From Bryobacterales bacterium (GTDB taxonomy: Bacteria > Acidobacteriota > Terriglobia > Bryobacterales > UBA6623), in the NCBI GenBank assembly GCA_963422375.2, contig OY729427.2, forward strand, positions 320,001 through 384,000: a DNA stretch of 64,000 bases, read 5' to 3'. The notes beneath the pieces were generated by a model. That model had not been told where the DNA came from. It saw nothing but the letters and a program-made list of their open reading frames with translations, and did not search any database. Positions 20,805-29,837 of the stretch are shown piece by piece. Position 1 is the first letter of the stretch, and each line of letters starts with the position of its first letter. Made by a program: the position numbers and the translations under genes.

Positions 20805-22306
20805 GGCGCCCGTCCGTCGCGCTGGTAGATCTCGACTGCGGGCCGGTACTCGGCCACCTCGTCGAGCGGGAACACCGGGCGCGGGCAGCGCGAGTGGCCC
20901 AGCGAGCGCAGGTCGGCACTCGTCGCGCCCGGGGCATCGACATTGATTAGCCGCCCGCACCACTCGCGGTACATGCGGGGCTCGCAATGCGGGGACTTGA
21001 CGACGACCAAGTCGAACCGCCTAGGGTCCTGGCCGTGAGCGAGAAACAGCGCCCGGTCGTAGAGATTGACGGAGCGGCTGGTGACGACCGCGACGCGGCG
21101 GCCGAACTGGAGCACCGCGGTGGGCCCAGCATGCCAGGAACTCCCGAAAGACTCGCTGCGGAACTCGCCGTCCGAGAGCAGCCTGACACGCGCCTCGACC
21201 GGCAGGGGACGGAATCGAGCGGGATCCATCGCTCCTCCCAGAGAGGTTCGGACCGTGCCGCCGACGCCCGCCTCGAATGCGTCCGCTACGGCGCCCGGAT
21301 CGACGACCGGGGCGAGCACGCTGCCCGCGAAGCCGCTGTCCACGGCCTCGCGGAGAATCGCGTTGCTGTCGCCGGGCGCGCCCGAACTCGTGGCGTCGGC
21401 AGCATCCACGAGCACGGCCGTGCCGCGGGTCCGGGCGGCAAGCCGGACGGCCTCCGCCACACCAGTGAGGGAGGCTCGCAGGCCCTCGCGACGGTCCCAC
21501 ATCCGCCCGGCCAAGTCTGCCGCGCAGCGCGCCGCCACGGCCGGGTCGCCGTCCGAGACGGCCAGGCTGTTGGAGCGAAGCTCGGGCACGTCGGTGAAGG
21601 GATTCCCGACGAAGACCGCGGCCGAGAGACCGCCGGCCCGGGCCTCGAACGACACCGCCTCGCGGATCACGTCTCCGAAGCTGCCGGTGCGCGTGATCAG
21701 CTGGTCCCCGCGGGCGAGCAGCGGGATCCTCGCCCGCGCCGTCACCGGACGGGCGTTGCCGGACAGAATCCGGACCAGCAGCCGGGCAGCCCGGGCGCCC
21801 GTCTCGAAGAAGTCGACATGAGGATAGGTGTGGTACGCGACGACCGCGTCCGCTTGGGAAAGCATGCGGTCCGTTACGACCGCGTGGAGGTCCAGCGAGA
21901 CGACGATCGGGATCTCCTCGCCGAGGATCGCCCTGGCCTGCTCGAGCAGGCAGCCCTCCGGGTCACACTCGCCGTCCGCCGCCATCGCGCCGTGCAGGAC
22001 GAAGAGAGCACCGTCCGCGGGCCTTCCGCGACGCAGGGCCGCGCGGAACTCCCCTGCGAGGCGCTCGCAGTCGGATGCCCCGAGCTCTCCCCCGGAAGTG
22101 ATCGCCTGGGCGCTGTAAGTCGGGACCGGCTGACAGCAGCCGCTCTCCTCGAGCGCGGCCAGCACGCCCCCGACTTCCTCGCGCCCGGACGCGTGCCAGG
22201 CGAAGAAGTCATCGCCCGTTCGCACCACGAAGTCGCGGTACCGGCTGGGGACCGGGTTGAAGGAGGAGACTTCCTGCTTGCACTCGGCGACAAGGATCCG
22301 GAACAC
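20801..22306 (-). CDS. M81 family metallopeptidase (MlrC-like)
   Basis: GTG start VFRILVAECKQEVSSF, with LHGAM, LDLHA, YHTYPHVD and VVKS. Confidence 0.88.
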   Translation of the reverse strand: MFRILVAECKQEVSSFNPVPSRYRDFVVRTGDDFFAWHASGREEVGGVLAALEESGCCQPVPTYSAQAITSGGELGASDCERLAGEFRAALRRGRPADGALFVLHGAMAADGECDPEGCLLEQARAILGEEIPIVVSLDLHAVVTDRMLSQADAVVAYHTYPHVDFFETGARAARLLVRILSGNARPVTARARIPLLARGDQLITRTGSFGDVIREAVSFEARAGGLSAAVFVGNPFTDVPELRSNSLAVSDGDPAVAARCAADLAGRMWDRREGLRASLTGVAEAVRLAARTRGTAVLVDAADATSSGAPGDSNAILREAVDSGFAGSVLAPVVDPGAVADAFEAGVGGTVRTSLGGAMDPARFRPLPVEARVRLLSDGEFRSESFGSSWHAGPTAVLQFGRRVAVVTSRSVNLYDRALFLAHGQDPRRFDLVVVKSPHCEPRMYREWCGRLINVDAPGATSADLRSLGHSRCPRPVFPLDEVAEYRPAVEIYQRDGRAP

Positions 22307-22402
22307 GGACCGATTATCCCGGAGGAAGGGGTATACTCCCAAGGTCGTCCGGGCGGCGCCGCGGGGCCGGTTCCGGATTCGTGGCACCAAGGCTACCCCG
22401 TC

Positions 22403-23443
22403 ATGATCGACATCGAAGGCCTCCCGATGCGCGTGGGTCTCGGGCAGTTCCAAGAAATCACGCCTGCCCGGTTGCAATTCATCAAGCAGTGCGGCTGCGA
22501 CGACTTCCAGCTCAACACCCCCTCCCTGCCCGGCCAGGAGCGCTGGGAATACGAGGATCTAGCCCTGCTGGTTTCTCAGGCCGAGCAGGCGCACCTCCGC
22601 CTGATCGCGATCGAGAACGTGCCGAGAAAGTTCTACGACCGCATCATGCTCGGCCAGCCAGGCCGCGACCGCCAGCTCGACAACATGGTCCGCACGGTCC
22701 GTAACATCGCCCGCGCAGGCATCCCGATCCTCGGCTACGCCTTCATGCCGGCAGGCGTGTGGCGGACGGCCTCCGACACGCCCGTTCGCGGCGGCGCCCG
22801 GGCAACGTCCTTCCGCTGGGAGACGGCGCGCTCGGTCCGCCCCGGAGACGGCGAGAGCTACTCCATCTGGGCCGGCGCGCCGATAGACCGGGAGTATTCC
22901 GAAGCCGAAATCTGGGAGAACTACTGCTGGTTCCTCGAGCGCATCCTTCCGGTTTGCGAGGAAGTCGGCCTGCGACTGGCCCTGCATCCCGACGATCCGC
23001 CCGTCCCGGCCCTCGGCGGCGTGGGACGGGTCTTCCGCAACTTCGACAACTTCCGCCGCGCGATGGAGACGTTCGACAGCCCCATGCACGGGCTGGACTT
23101 CTGCCACGGGTGCTGGTCGGAAATGCGGGCCGGCGACGGCGTGCTGGAAGCGATCCGCTTCTTCGGCGATCGCGGAGACATCTTCTACGTGCATCTCCGC
23201 GACGTACGGGGGCCGGCGGAGGACTTCACGGAGTGCTTCCTAGGCGACGGCAACTGCGACCCCGTCCGGTCGATCCGGGCGCTCAGGCAGGTCGGATTCA
23301 ACGGCTTCATCCTGCCGGACCACGTGCCTCGCATGGTGGGCGACGGGGACTGGTGCGACCGCGGCCGCGCATGGACCGTCGGATATATCAAGGCGCTCAT
23401 CGCGTCCGTCGAGGCGTATGCCCCAAGCCGCCCAGACCGGTAG
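22403..23443 (+). CDS. uxuA: Mannonate dehydratase (UxuA) family protein
   Basis: LALHPDDPP, FCHGCWSE, YVHLRDV and LPDHVP. True substrate uncertain. Confidence 0.8.
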   Translation: MIDIEGLPMRVGLGQFQEITPARLQFIKQCGCDDFQLNTPSLPGQERWEYEDLALLVSQAEQAHLRLIAIENVPRKFYDRIMLGQPGRDRQLDNMVRTVRNIARAGIPILGYAFMPAGVWRTASDTPVRGGARATSFRWETARSVRPGDGESYSIWAGAPIDREYSEAEIWENYCWFLERILPVCEEVGLRLALHPDDPPVPALGGVGRVFRNFDNFRRAMETFDSPMHGLDFCHGCWSEMRAGDGVLEAIRFFGDRGDIFYVHLRDVRGPAEDFTECFLGDGNCDPVRSIRALRQVGFNGFILPDHVPRMVGDGDWCDRGRAWTVGYIKALIASVEAYAPSRPDR

Positions 23444-23891
23444 CGCGCTAGCGAGGCCGGCCGCTCTCCGGGTTCGACGCGGCGGCGATCCGGCCCGAAG
23501 CTATCGAGGAAGGCGAGGCGCGGTGCGAGAGGCCTCGGCTGGGCGCTTTCAGCCGTCATTGCGGTGTTGCGGACAGCGGCATCAATCGCCGGGGCTCGGT
23601 GCGAGGGCGGACTCGATCTCGGCTGGCACTGGATCCGCAGCGCCTCGCGCGTCGCGGCGACAGCGATTCCCGGAGGGTGCTGGACCGGAGACCTTCCGAT
23701 CCCGCGTTCGATGCCGGTGCCGCCGCGGGTTCCTCCCGACCCCGTGCCGGGCGATCAGGAGCCGCTGTGGTTGCCGCGCGTCTAGGAATTCGAGACCCGC
23801 GGTCCGGCGGCGAGAGGCCCCGGCACGTTCCGGCCCCCGAGCGGGATCGGCCAAGCCTCTCGGAGAGAGAGTCGGTGTAGGCGACTGTCCG

Positions 23892-25508
23892 CTAGCCGAT
23901 CCGAATCCAGCCCGATCCGATTGCGAGAGCCAGAATGATCCCGAGCGGGGAGACCACCATCAGGACGGCGGCGCACATCCACAGCCAAGCCGTCACGGCC
24001 CGCCCCGGGGCGACGGCTGGATCCACCCTGCGGTGGCGGAGATACAGCGCGCCGAGGCCTAGGACGGGGTACATAACGGCGGCAATGAGGCTGCTGGTCA
24101 CTAGCAGCATCCGTGGAGGGTTCTCGAACAGCCAGTAGGCGGCGCTATAGAGGACGAGCGACACCACGACAAACACGCGGATGTAGCGCAACCGGACGCG
24201 ATAATCCGCAGCGTCGATCAGCCCCATGACGCCGAGCGCGTCGGCCAGCACGCGGCTATTCGCCGCGGCGCCGGACAGCACCGTGCTGACCAAGACGAAG
24301 AACGCGCCGACGACGAAGACGCCGGCGGCCCAGCTGCCGAGACCGTCCGTGTAGAGCGAGCTCAGGACCGCGAGGGTCTCGCGGCCGTCGGGATCCAGCC
24401 CCCGGGCATGGAGAATCGCCGCCCCGAGAAGGTAGAAGCAGATGGTGCTCGCCGTGTAGACCACCATCGTCACGCCGGCGTCGGTGTACATCACGCGGAT
24501 CCAGCCCCTCGCCGCGCGCTCCCATCCGGTCCCCGGGCGCGGCTCGCCGACGTGGCGGGCGTAGCCCTTCTCGACGCACCAGTAGGTGTAGCTCCACATC
24601 TCGCCGAAGGCCACTCCCGTCCCGGCGTACATCGCGAGCGCGGTCAGGACCAGCGGCGCGGTCAGATCCGGGGGCACGCCGAGCGCCAGGCCGGATGCCA
24701 GGTCCGGCCAGGCGATTCGGTAGTCGGTCCACTGGAGGAAGAGCACGCAAGCCACAGTGAAGAGCGTGAACGAAGACACCAGCGCGACCAGCAGCTTTTC
24801 CAATGAAGCGTAGGTTCCGCCGAGCAGGAGCGCCCCGCAGGCGATCGCCACGAGAATCGACCAGTAACGCGCGCCGCCCGCACCGAGGGCGTCCGGGAAG
24901 ACCAGTTCCACGACCTGGCCGGTCGCGCCGAGGATCGCGCCCGAGTTCACGAACACGAGCAGCATCGAGCCCAGCCAGAGCCAGGTGAACCAGTTCATAG
25001 CCGGGCCGGCGGCTCCCCGTCGGCCGGACGCCGGGCCGGACCGGAACAGCCAAGCGACCGTCGCGCCAACGCCTACCGCGCCAAGGCCCAGCCAGAGGGC
25101 CGCCGCTAGCGTGCGCGAGGAGTCGTCCAGGCGCACGAACGTCGCAAGGGCAGCCACGCAGGCCAGGACGAAGGCCGCCATCCAAGGAATCGTCAGCCAG
25201 CGCGGTCGCGCTCCGGCGGGTCCCGGCAGGGAATTGAAGACCCGCAGGAACGTCTCCCCGCTGGAAACGGTGTGGCGCGCGAGTTCGGTCTGCACGACCA
25301 CCTTGACCGCGCACGAGAGGACGACGAACCACAGGAGCACGAAGCCGGCCACGGCCCCGAGCTTGGTCGTGACGATCAGCTCCCCGGAGCCGACCACCGA
25401 CCCGGCTAGGATCATGCCCGGCCCTAGGTGCCGCAGGGTCGCCCGCATGCCCCGCGGCGGCTCAAGGCGCTTCGCGGCGCTCCTCGCGTACGGATCTTCT
25501 CGGTCCAC
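23892..25508 (-). CDS. NRAMP-related (LeuT-fold) transporter lacking the DPGN motif
   Basis: LGPGMILAGSVVGSGEL, GFVLLW, YTYWCVEKGY and FYLLGAAILH; many TM segments. GTG start at 25508 inferred. Confidence 0.82.
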   Translation of the reverse strand: MDREDPYARSAAKRLEPPRGMRATLRHLGPGMILAGSVVGSGELIVTTKLGAVAGFVLLWFVVLSCAVKVVVQTELARHTVSSGETFLRVFNSLPGPAGARPRWLTIPWMAAFVLACVAALATFVRLDDSSRTLAAALWLGLGAVGVGATVAWLFRSGPASGRRGAAGPAMNWFTWLWLGSMLLVFVNSGAILGATGQVVELVFPDALGAGGARYWSILVAIACGALLLGGTYASLEKLLVALVSSFTLFTVACVLFLQWTDYRIAWPDLASGLALGVPPDLTAPLVLTALAMYAGTGVAFGEMWSYTYWCVEKGYARHVGEPRPGTGWERAARGWIRVMYTDAGVTMVVYTASTICFYLLGAAILHARGLDPDGRETLAVLSSLYTDGLGSWAAGVFVVGAFFVLVSTVLSGAAANSRVLADALGVMGLIDAADYRVRLRYIRVFVVVSLVLYSAAYWLFENPPRMLLVTSSLIAAVMYPVLGLGALYLRHRRVDPAVAPGRAVTAWLWMCAAVLMVVSPLGIILALAIGSGWIRIG

Positions 25509-25658
25509 CGGCGGTTTCCCCGCGTTCGGGGCGCGGCGGCGAGCGGCTCCGCCGGCCTGCGCCGCCCCTAGCTTCCGCCAAGCGGGCAGGCCCTGTCCAG
25601 TGCGACTCCAGGGACACGACGCGGCCGCACGACGCGATTCCGATACGATTGTTTTTCC

Positions 25659-26366
25659 GTGCCGCTCGAAGGGGTGGGACAGCAAGCCGTCATCCGGCCC
25701 AACCCGGGATCCAGCGTCCGCTTGCCCCTGCAAGAGCGGATCCGCTGGATCCTGTGCGTCTGGGGTGTTTGCCTGCTCTACGCGATCGTCCGCTACAACG
25801 TCTTCAACGGCGTGGAGTGGGCGCACCTGCCGCTCTACGTCGTCAACAAGTCAGCGGCCTTCGCCGGCTTGGTGTTCATAGCGCTGGCGTACCTCGTCGG
25901 CAAGTACTTCGGCGGCGCACCCGGGACCGAATCGGTCCGCGCAAAGGCCAAGTTTCTCGGGCTGACGGGCTTCGCCATGATCACGATGCACGTGCTGATG
26001 TCCGCGGTGCTGCTCTCGCCCGCCACCTACGGCAAGTTCTACGCCGCTTCCGGCAAGCTCAACCTCGCGGGCGAGCTGACGTTCCTCTTCGGCGTGCTGG
26101 GCTACGGCTGCCTGCTGTTCCCCGCCGTCACCACGCTGCCGTACATGTACGACGCGCTGGGCATGGACCGCTGGCTGAAAGCCCAGCACATGGGCTACGC
26201 CACCCTGGCCCTCGCCTGCGGGCACACGTTCGCGATGGGCTACGCGGGCTGGATCGAGCTCTCGTCATGGCCAGGCTCGCTGCCGCCGATCACGCTGCTC
26301 GGCTTCCTCGCGGCGCTGCTCGCTCTCGCCGGCAAGCTCGTCTTACGCTTCCGCCGGAAGAACTGA
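25659..26366 (+). CDS. Ferric-reductase-like transmembrane protein resembling the STEAP membrane domain
   Basis: About 6 TM segments. LPLYVVNK, KFLGLTGF, MHVLMS, AVTTLP...WLKAQHMGY, GHTFAMG and LPP follow the order of STEAP motifs, with two candidate heme-ligand His. Confidence 0.7.
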   Translation: MPLEGVGQQAVIRPNPGSSVRLPLQERIRWILCVWGVCLLYAIVRYNVFNGVEWAHLPLYVVNKSAAFAGLVFIALAYLVGKYFGGAPGTESVRAKAKFLGLTGFAMITMHVLMSAVLLSPATYGKFYAASGKLNLAGELTFLFGVLGYGCLLFPAVTTLPYMYDALGMDRWLKAQHMGYATLALACGHTFAMGYAGWIELSSWPGSLPPITLLGFLAALLALAGKLVLRFRRKN

Positions 26367-26383
26367 CCTCGCGCGCCGACGGG

Positions 26384-27526
26384 CTACAGCCGGAGGACGA
26401 GCGCCGCGAACAGAGCCGCCCGGTCGGCGATGCGGTCCGCGAGGATGCTCTCGTGCATGGCGTGGGCGCCCTCGCCAACCGCCCCGAGCCCGTCCAAGGT
26501 CGGAATGCCCATGGCATTGGTGGTATTGCCGTCCGATCCGCCCCCGACCGAGGCCTCCCCGAGACTCACCCCCATCCGCTCGGACAGCGACTTCGCGACC
26601 TCGAACAGCCCGGCCACGTCGTCGGTCCGCTCCAGGGGCATCTTGCGCGTCCCGCCGCTGACATGGATCGAGCAGCGCGCATCGACCGGCCGAACCGACC
26701 GGAAACGGCGCTCCATCTCCTCGGCCTGAAGCCGCGTGCGGAAGCGCACGTCGACATCGACCCACGCCTCTTCCGCGACCGTGTTCGTGGCCGTGCCGCC
26801 CCGCACGACACCCGGGTTGACCGTCGTCCCCGCCGGCAGATCCGTCCACGAGGCGATGCGACGGATCTGCTCTGCCAGTTCCACGACGGCGCTCGCTCCG
26901 GTCTCGAAGTCCAGGCCCGCGTGAGAGGACCGACCCCGAACGCAGACGCGGTAGGTCGCGCCGCCCTTGCGGGCGGTCTTCAGGCTGCCTTCCAAGCCCG
27001 CGCTCGGCTCGGCGACGAGCACGGCCGCGCTCCCGGCCGCCTCGGCCCGGGTCAAGGGAGTGGACGTGGGGCTGCCGATCTCCTCGTCGGAGTTCAGCTG
27101 CACGACGTACCGGCGCCTCGCTTCGAGCCCGAGGTCGCGGATGGCCCGTGCGGCGAAGAGCATGTAGGCGATCCCCGCCTTCATGTCGAACACGCCCGGC
27201 CCCCACAGGCGGCCGCCCTCCTCGCGCCACGGCATGCGCTCCAGCGTGCCGACCGGCCAGACGGTGTCTAGATGCCCCAGGCCGAGCAGCTGGCCCTCGC
27301 CCTTGGTGGGAATGTCGAACTCAAGACGCAAGTGGTCCCCGAACTCGGCCTGGGCGTGACGGGTCGCTGCAGCGTACCCGGCGCAGGCGGCGGCAACCGC
27401 GTCGGCCATTCGATCCGCGCCGAGCTTGTGGCGGGTCGGGGACTCGATCTCGACCAGCGTCCGAACCAAGTCGACAATGGCGGGCCGACGCTCCCGCATG
27501 TAGTCGAGAATCCGCTCAACCGGCAC
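26384..27526 (-). CDS. M20 family metallopeptidase (glutamate carboxypeptidase-like)
   Basis: GHLDTV, DMKAG, DEEIGS, GGGSDGN and GAHAMHE. Confidence 0.9.
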   Translation of the reverse strand: MPVERILDYMRERRPAIVDLVRTLVEIESPTRHKLGADRMADAVAAACAGYAAATRHAQAEFGDHLRLEFDIPTKGEGQLLGLGHLDTVWPVGTLERMPWREEGGRLWGPGVFDMKAGIAYMLFAARAIRDLGLEARRRYVVQLNSDEEIGSPTSTPLTRAEAAGSAAVLVAEPSAGLEGSLKTARKGGATYRVCVRGRSSHAGLDFETGASAVVELAEQIRRIASWTDLPAGTTVNPGVVRGGTATNTVAEEAWVDVDVRFRTRLQAEEMERRFRSVRPVDARCSIHVSGGTRKMPLERTDDVAGLFEVAKSLSERMGVSLGEASVGGGSDGNTTNAMGIPTLDGLGAVGEGAHAMHESILADRIADRAALFAALVLRL

Positions 27527-27565
27527 AACCGCCTCCCCCGGGCCCCGCCGTCGCGGGGCCGTCTC

Positions 27566-28126
27566 CTAATCGGCAACGATCACGGCGCGTCCGGGCTCGA
27601 GGCGGATCTCGCGCACGCCGGGCTCGAGGCTGGCTTTCCCGCCGAGCAGGTAGGGTCGCAGCGACTCCGGCGCCAAGATCTCGAGAAACAGCTCCAACGT
27701 GGAGCCCTCGAGCTGCAGGCTCTCGACGGTCATCGAGACGAGCCTCGCAGTGGCGTATCCGTCGCGCGCTTCGTAGTCGAAGTCCACGGTGATCGACCGG
27801 CTCCCGCGCATCAGCAGGCGCATCAGCGCGGGGATGCTTTCCAACGACGCGCCGGCCTTCTCGAGATCCACCCGGGCGCGCACTACCGCCCCGCCTTGAC
27901 GGAACGCCACTTCCGGGTCCTCGACACCCTCTGGAACCTGGTCGGCGGCATGGAAGCGCAGGAACGCGTTCATCTCGTCCTGCAGGAGCTCGACCGAGGC
28001 GCCGCTCTCGAGAGACCCGTCCGCGATGCGCTGGAACTTCTCCGCGGCCGCGAGGGACGCCTCGCGGTCTACCGCGGCCGCCAGCGCCAGCGGCAGGGCG
28101 CAGAGCGCGAGCATCCGGACACTCAT
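27566..28126 (-). CDS. Secreted hypothetical protein
   Basis: Signal peptide MSVRMLALCALPLALAAA. ATG overlaps the rnc stop. Codon usage is coding-like. Confidence 0.7.
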   Translation of the reverse strand: MSVRMLALCALPLALAAAVDREASLAAAEKFQRIADGSLESGASVELLQDEMNAFLRFHAADQVPEGVEDPEVAFRQGGAVVRARVDLEKAGASLESIPALMRLLMRGSRSITVDFDYEARDGYATARLVSMTVESLQLEGSTLELFLEILAPESLRPYLLGGKASLEPGVREIRLEPGRAVIVAD

Positions 28127-28866
28127 CGGCAGGCCTCCCGAGCCTGCCCCGGCGGAAGCCCGCGGGCCCCGTCCGCGGCGGCCAGCTTCCGGAGAACCGC
28201 GGCCGCCGCCCGCTGCTCCGCGGTCTTCTTCCTGCTCGCGACGCCCACCGCGCTGACCGGCCCGCAGCGCGCCTCGATGCGGTACGTGCGGGAGTGCGAC
28301 GGCCCGTCCTCGGACACGACGGTGTACTCCGGCACGTCGAGGCCGCGCGACTGGAGCCATTCCTGCAGCTCGGTCTTGCCGCTCTGGCCGTCGGCGAGCG
28401 CCGCCGACGCCGGGCCCGGCGGGACCACGTGCCGCGCGACCGTCTCCGCCAAGACCGGCAGGCCTCCGTCCAGATAGACCGCCCCCAAGACCGCTTCCAA
28501 CGCGTCCGCCAGGATGCGGTCGCTGTCCCGCAGGCCCCTGTCGGAGCGTCCCAGGCGGAGGCAGGGGCCCATTCCGAGCGATCGGGCGACCGCGGCTAGG
28601 TGGGCGTTGTTGACGTACCGATCCCTGAGCCTGGTCAACTCGCCCTCGGACGCTTGCGGCAAGCGCCGGAACAGCAGCTCCCCGACCGCGAGACCGAGAC
28701 CCGCGTCGCCGAGGAATTCCAAGCGCTGGCACGCGGTGATCCCGAGGGTCCCGTGACCGCCCCCGTCGCCGCGAGCGGAGCCGTGCGTCAGCGCGGCCTG
28801 CAGCAGGCCGGGCGCCCGGAAGGCGTAGCCGAGACGTTCCGAAAACTCCCGGAGATCGCGCTGCAT
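28123..28866 (-). CDS. rnc: Ribonuclease III
   Basis: ALTHGS, QRLEFLGDA signature, ADALEAVLGAVYLDGG and a C-terminal dsRBD (KTELQE...KKTAEQRAA). Confidence 0.95.
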   Translation of the reverse strand: MQRDLREFSERLGYAFRAPGLLQAALTHGSARGDGGGHGTLGITACQRLEFLGDAGLGLAVGELLFRRLPQASEGELTRLRDRYVNNAHLAAVARSLGMGPCLRLGRSDRGLRDSDRILADALEAVLGAVYLDGGLPVLAETVARHVVPPGPASAALADGQSGKTELQEWLQSRGLDVPEYTVVSEDGPSHSRTYRIEARCGPVSAVGVASRKKTAEQRAAAAVLRKLAAADGARGLPPGQAREACR

Positions 28867-28908
28867 GGTCCCGGTCCCGCCGAATGCGGCCCGCCGCCTA
28901 GGAGAGCG

Positions 28909-29643
28909 CTAGAGGGAACTCTTGAGCTGCGCGCAAAGGTCGGCGCCTCCGATCTGCATGCCGCCCGCGGCCGTGCAGCGATCCGCCATGGCGGCCCCGT
29001 CCTCCTTCTTGCCCTGCTCGAACAGGGCCTTGGCGAGATTGAACATCGTGAACGCGACGGGCTGCGGGGACACTTCCAAGGCCTTGCGCAGCGCGCCTTC
29101 CGCGCCCGGAAAGTCCTTGCGCGCCAGCAGGACCAAGCCGACCGCCTCGTGGCACTGCGACATGAAATCCATCTTCGTCTGGAGCCATGCGTCTTCGTCC
29201 AGGTTCGGGTCCAGCTTCGGCAGCGTCGGAATGAGCGCCATGGCCTCCTTGGCGTAGTCCTCGGCCTTGCTAAGCTTCTCCTCCTTGTCGAGGTCGAACT
29301 CCTTGGTGCGATTGGGAATGGCGTTCGCCAGCGAGACCAGCGTCCCGACCTTCACGCCCGGGGTGGGATCGTTGGCGAGGGTCATGTCGCCGTAGAGCAG
29401 CATGCTCTCGAAATCGTTCAGCTCCGAATACGAGAGCATGGCCATGTAGCTGGCGAGTCCGATGGCTTCGCTCTTCGGATGCTTCGCGATGAAGTCCGAG
29501 CTCGCGCTGGCACGCACGTCGGCCGTGGCTGCGTTCTGAATCGCCATGAAGGCGTCCATCTCTTCCTGCGACTGGAACTGGGGCGCCTGTGCGAGCAGGG
29601 TCCCAGCGCAAGCCAATGCCAGGATCAGGATTCGTTTCGTCAT
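28909..29643 (-). CDS. Secreted TPR-like helical protein
   Basis: Signal peptide and a helical Ala/Leu-rich pattern (HEAVGLVLL, MFNLAKALFEQG). Confidence 0.7.
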   Translation of the reverse strand: MTKRILILALACAGTLLAQAPQFQSQEEMDAFMAIQNAATADVRASASSDFIAKHPKSEAIGLASYMAMLSYSELNDFESMLLYGDMTLANDPTPGVKVGTLVSLANAIPNRTKEFDLDKEEKLSKAEDYAKEAMALIPTLPKLDPNLDEDAWLQTKMDFMSQCHEAVGLVLLARKDFPGAEGALRKALEVSPQPVAFTMFNLAKALFEQGKKEDGAAMADRCTAAGGMQIGGADLCAQLKSSL

Positions 29644-29837
29644 GGTGCTTCCTCCGAGCAGCCGCTCGACCCCGGCAGCCGCGCCGATTTCAGTTTAGCG
29701 CTTGCCGACGGCCCGCCCGCCCGCCGGTCCGGGCGACGCCCGCGCCCGGACCGGGCAACCGCCGCGCTCGCCTATAATGGAAGGGTCCCGGGGGGCCATA
29801 GGCGCGCGGGACATTCCCGCCATCGCCCTCCCGCCCC

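Noticed and set aside
23564..23785. 73-aa Pro-rich ORF between uxuA-like and the transporter
   Set aside because: It has no clear RBS or motif and cannot be distinguished from a chance ORF.
28700..28735. RNase III signature QRLEFLGD instead of ERLEFLGD
   Set aside because: The catalytic E/D residues are retained, and Q at this position occurs in other RNase III domains.
29773..29778. TATAAT upstream of uvrA as an SOS-regulated promoter
   Set aside because: It is a plausible -10 element, but I could not identify a -35 element or a LexA box.
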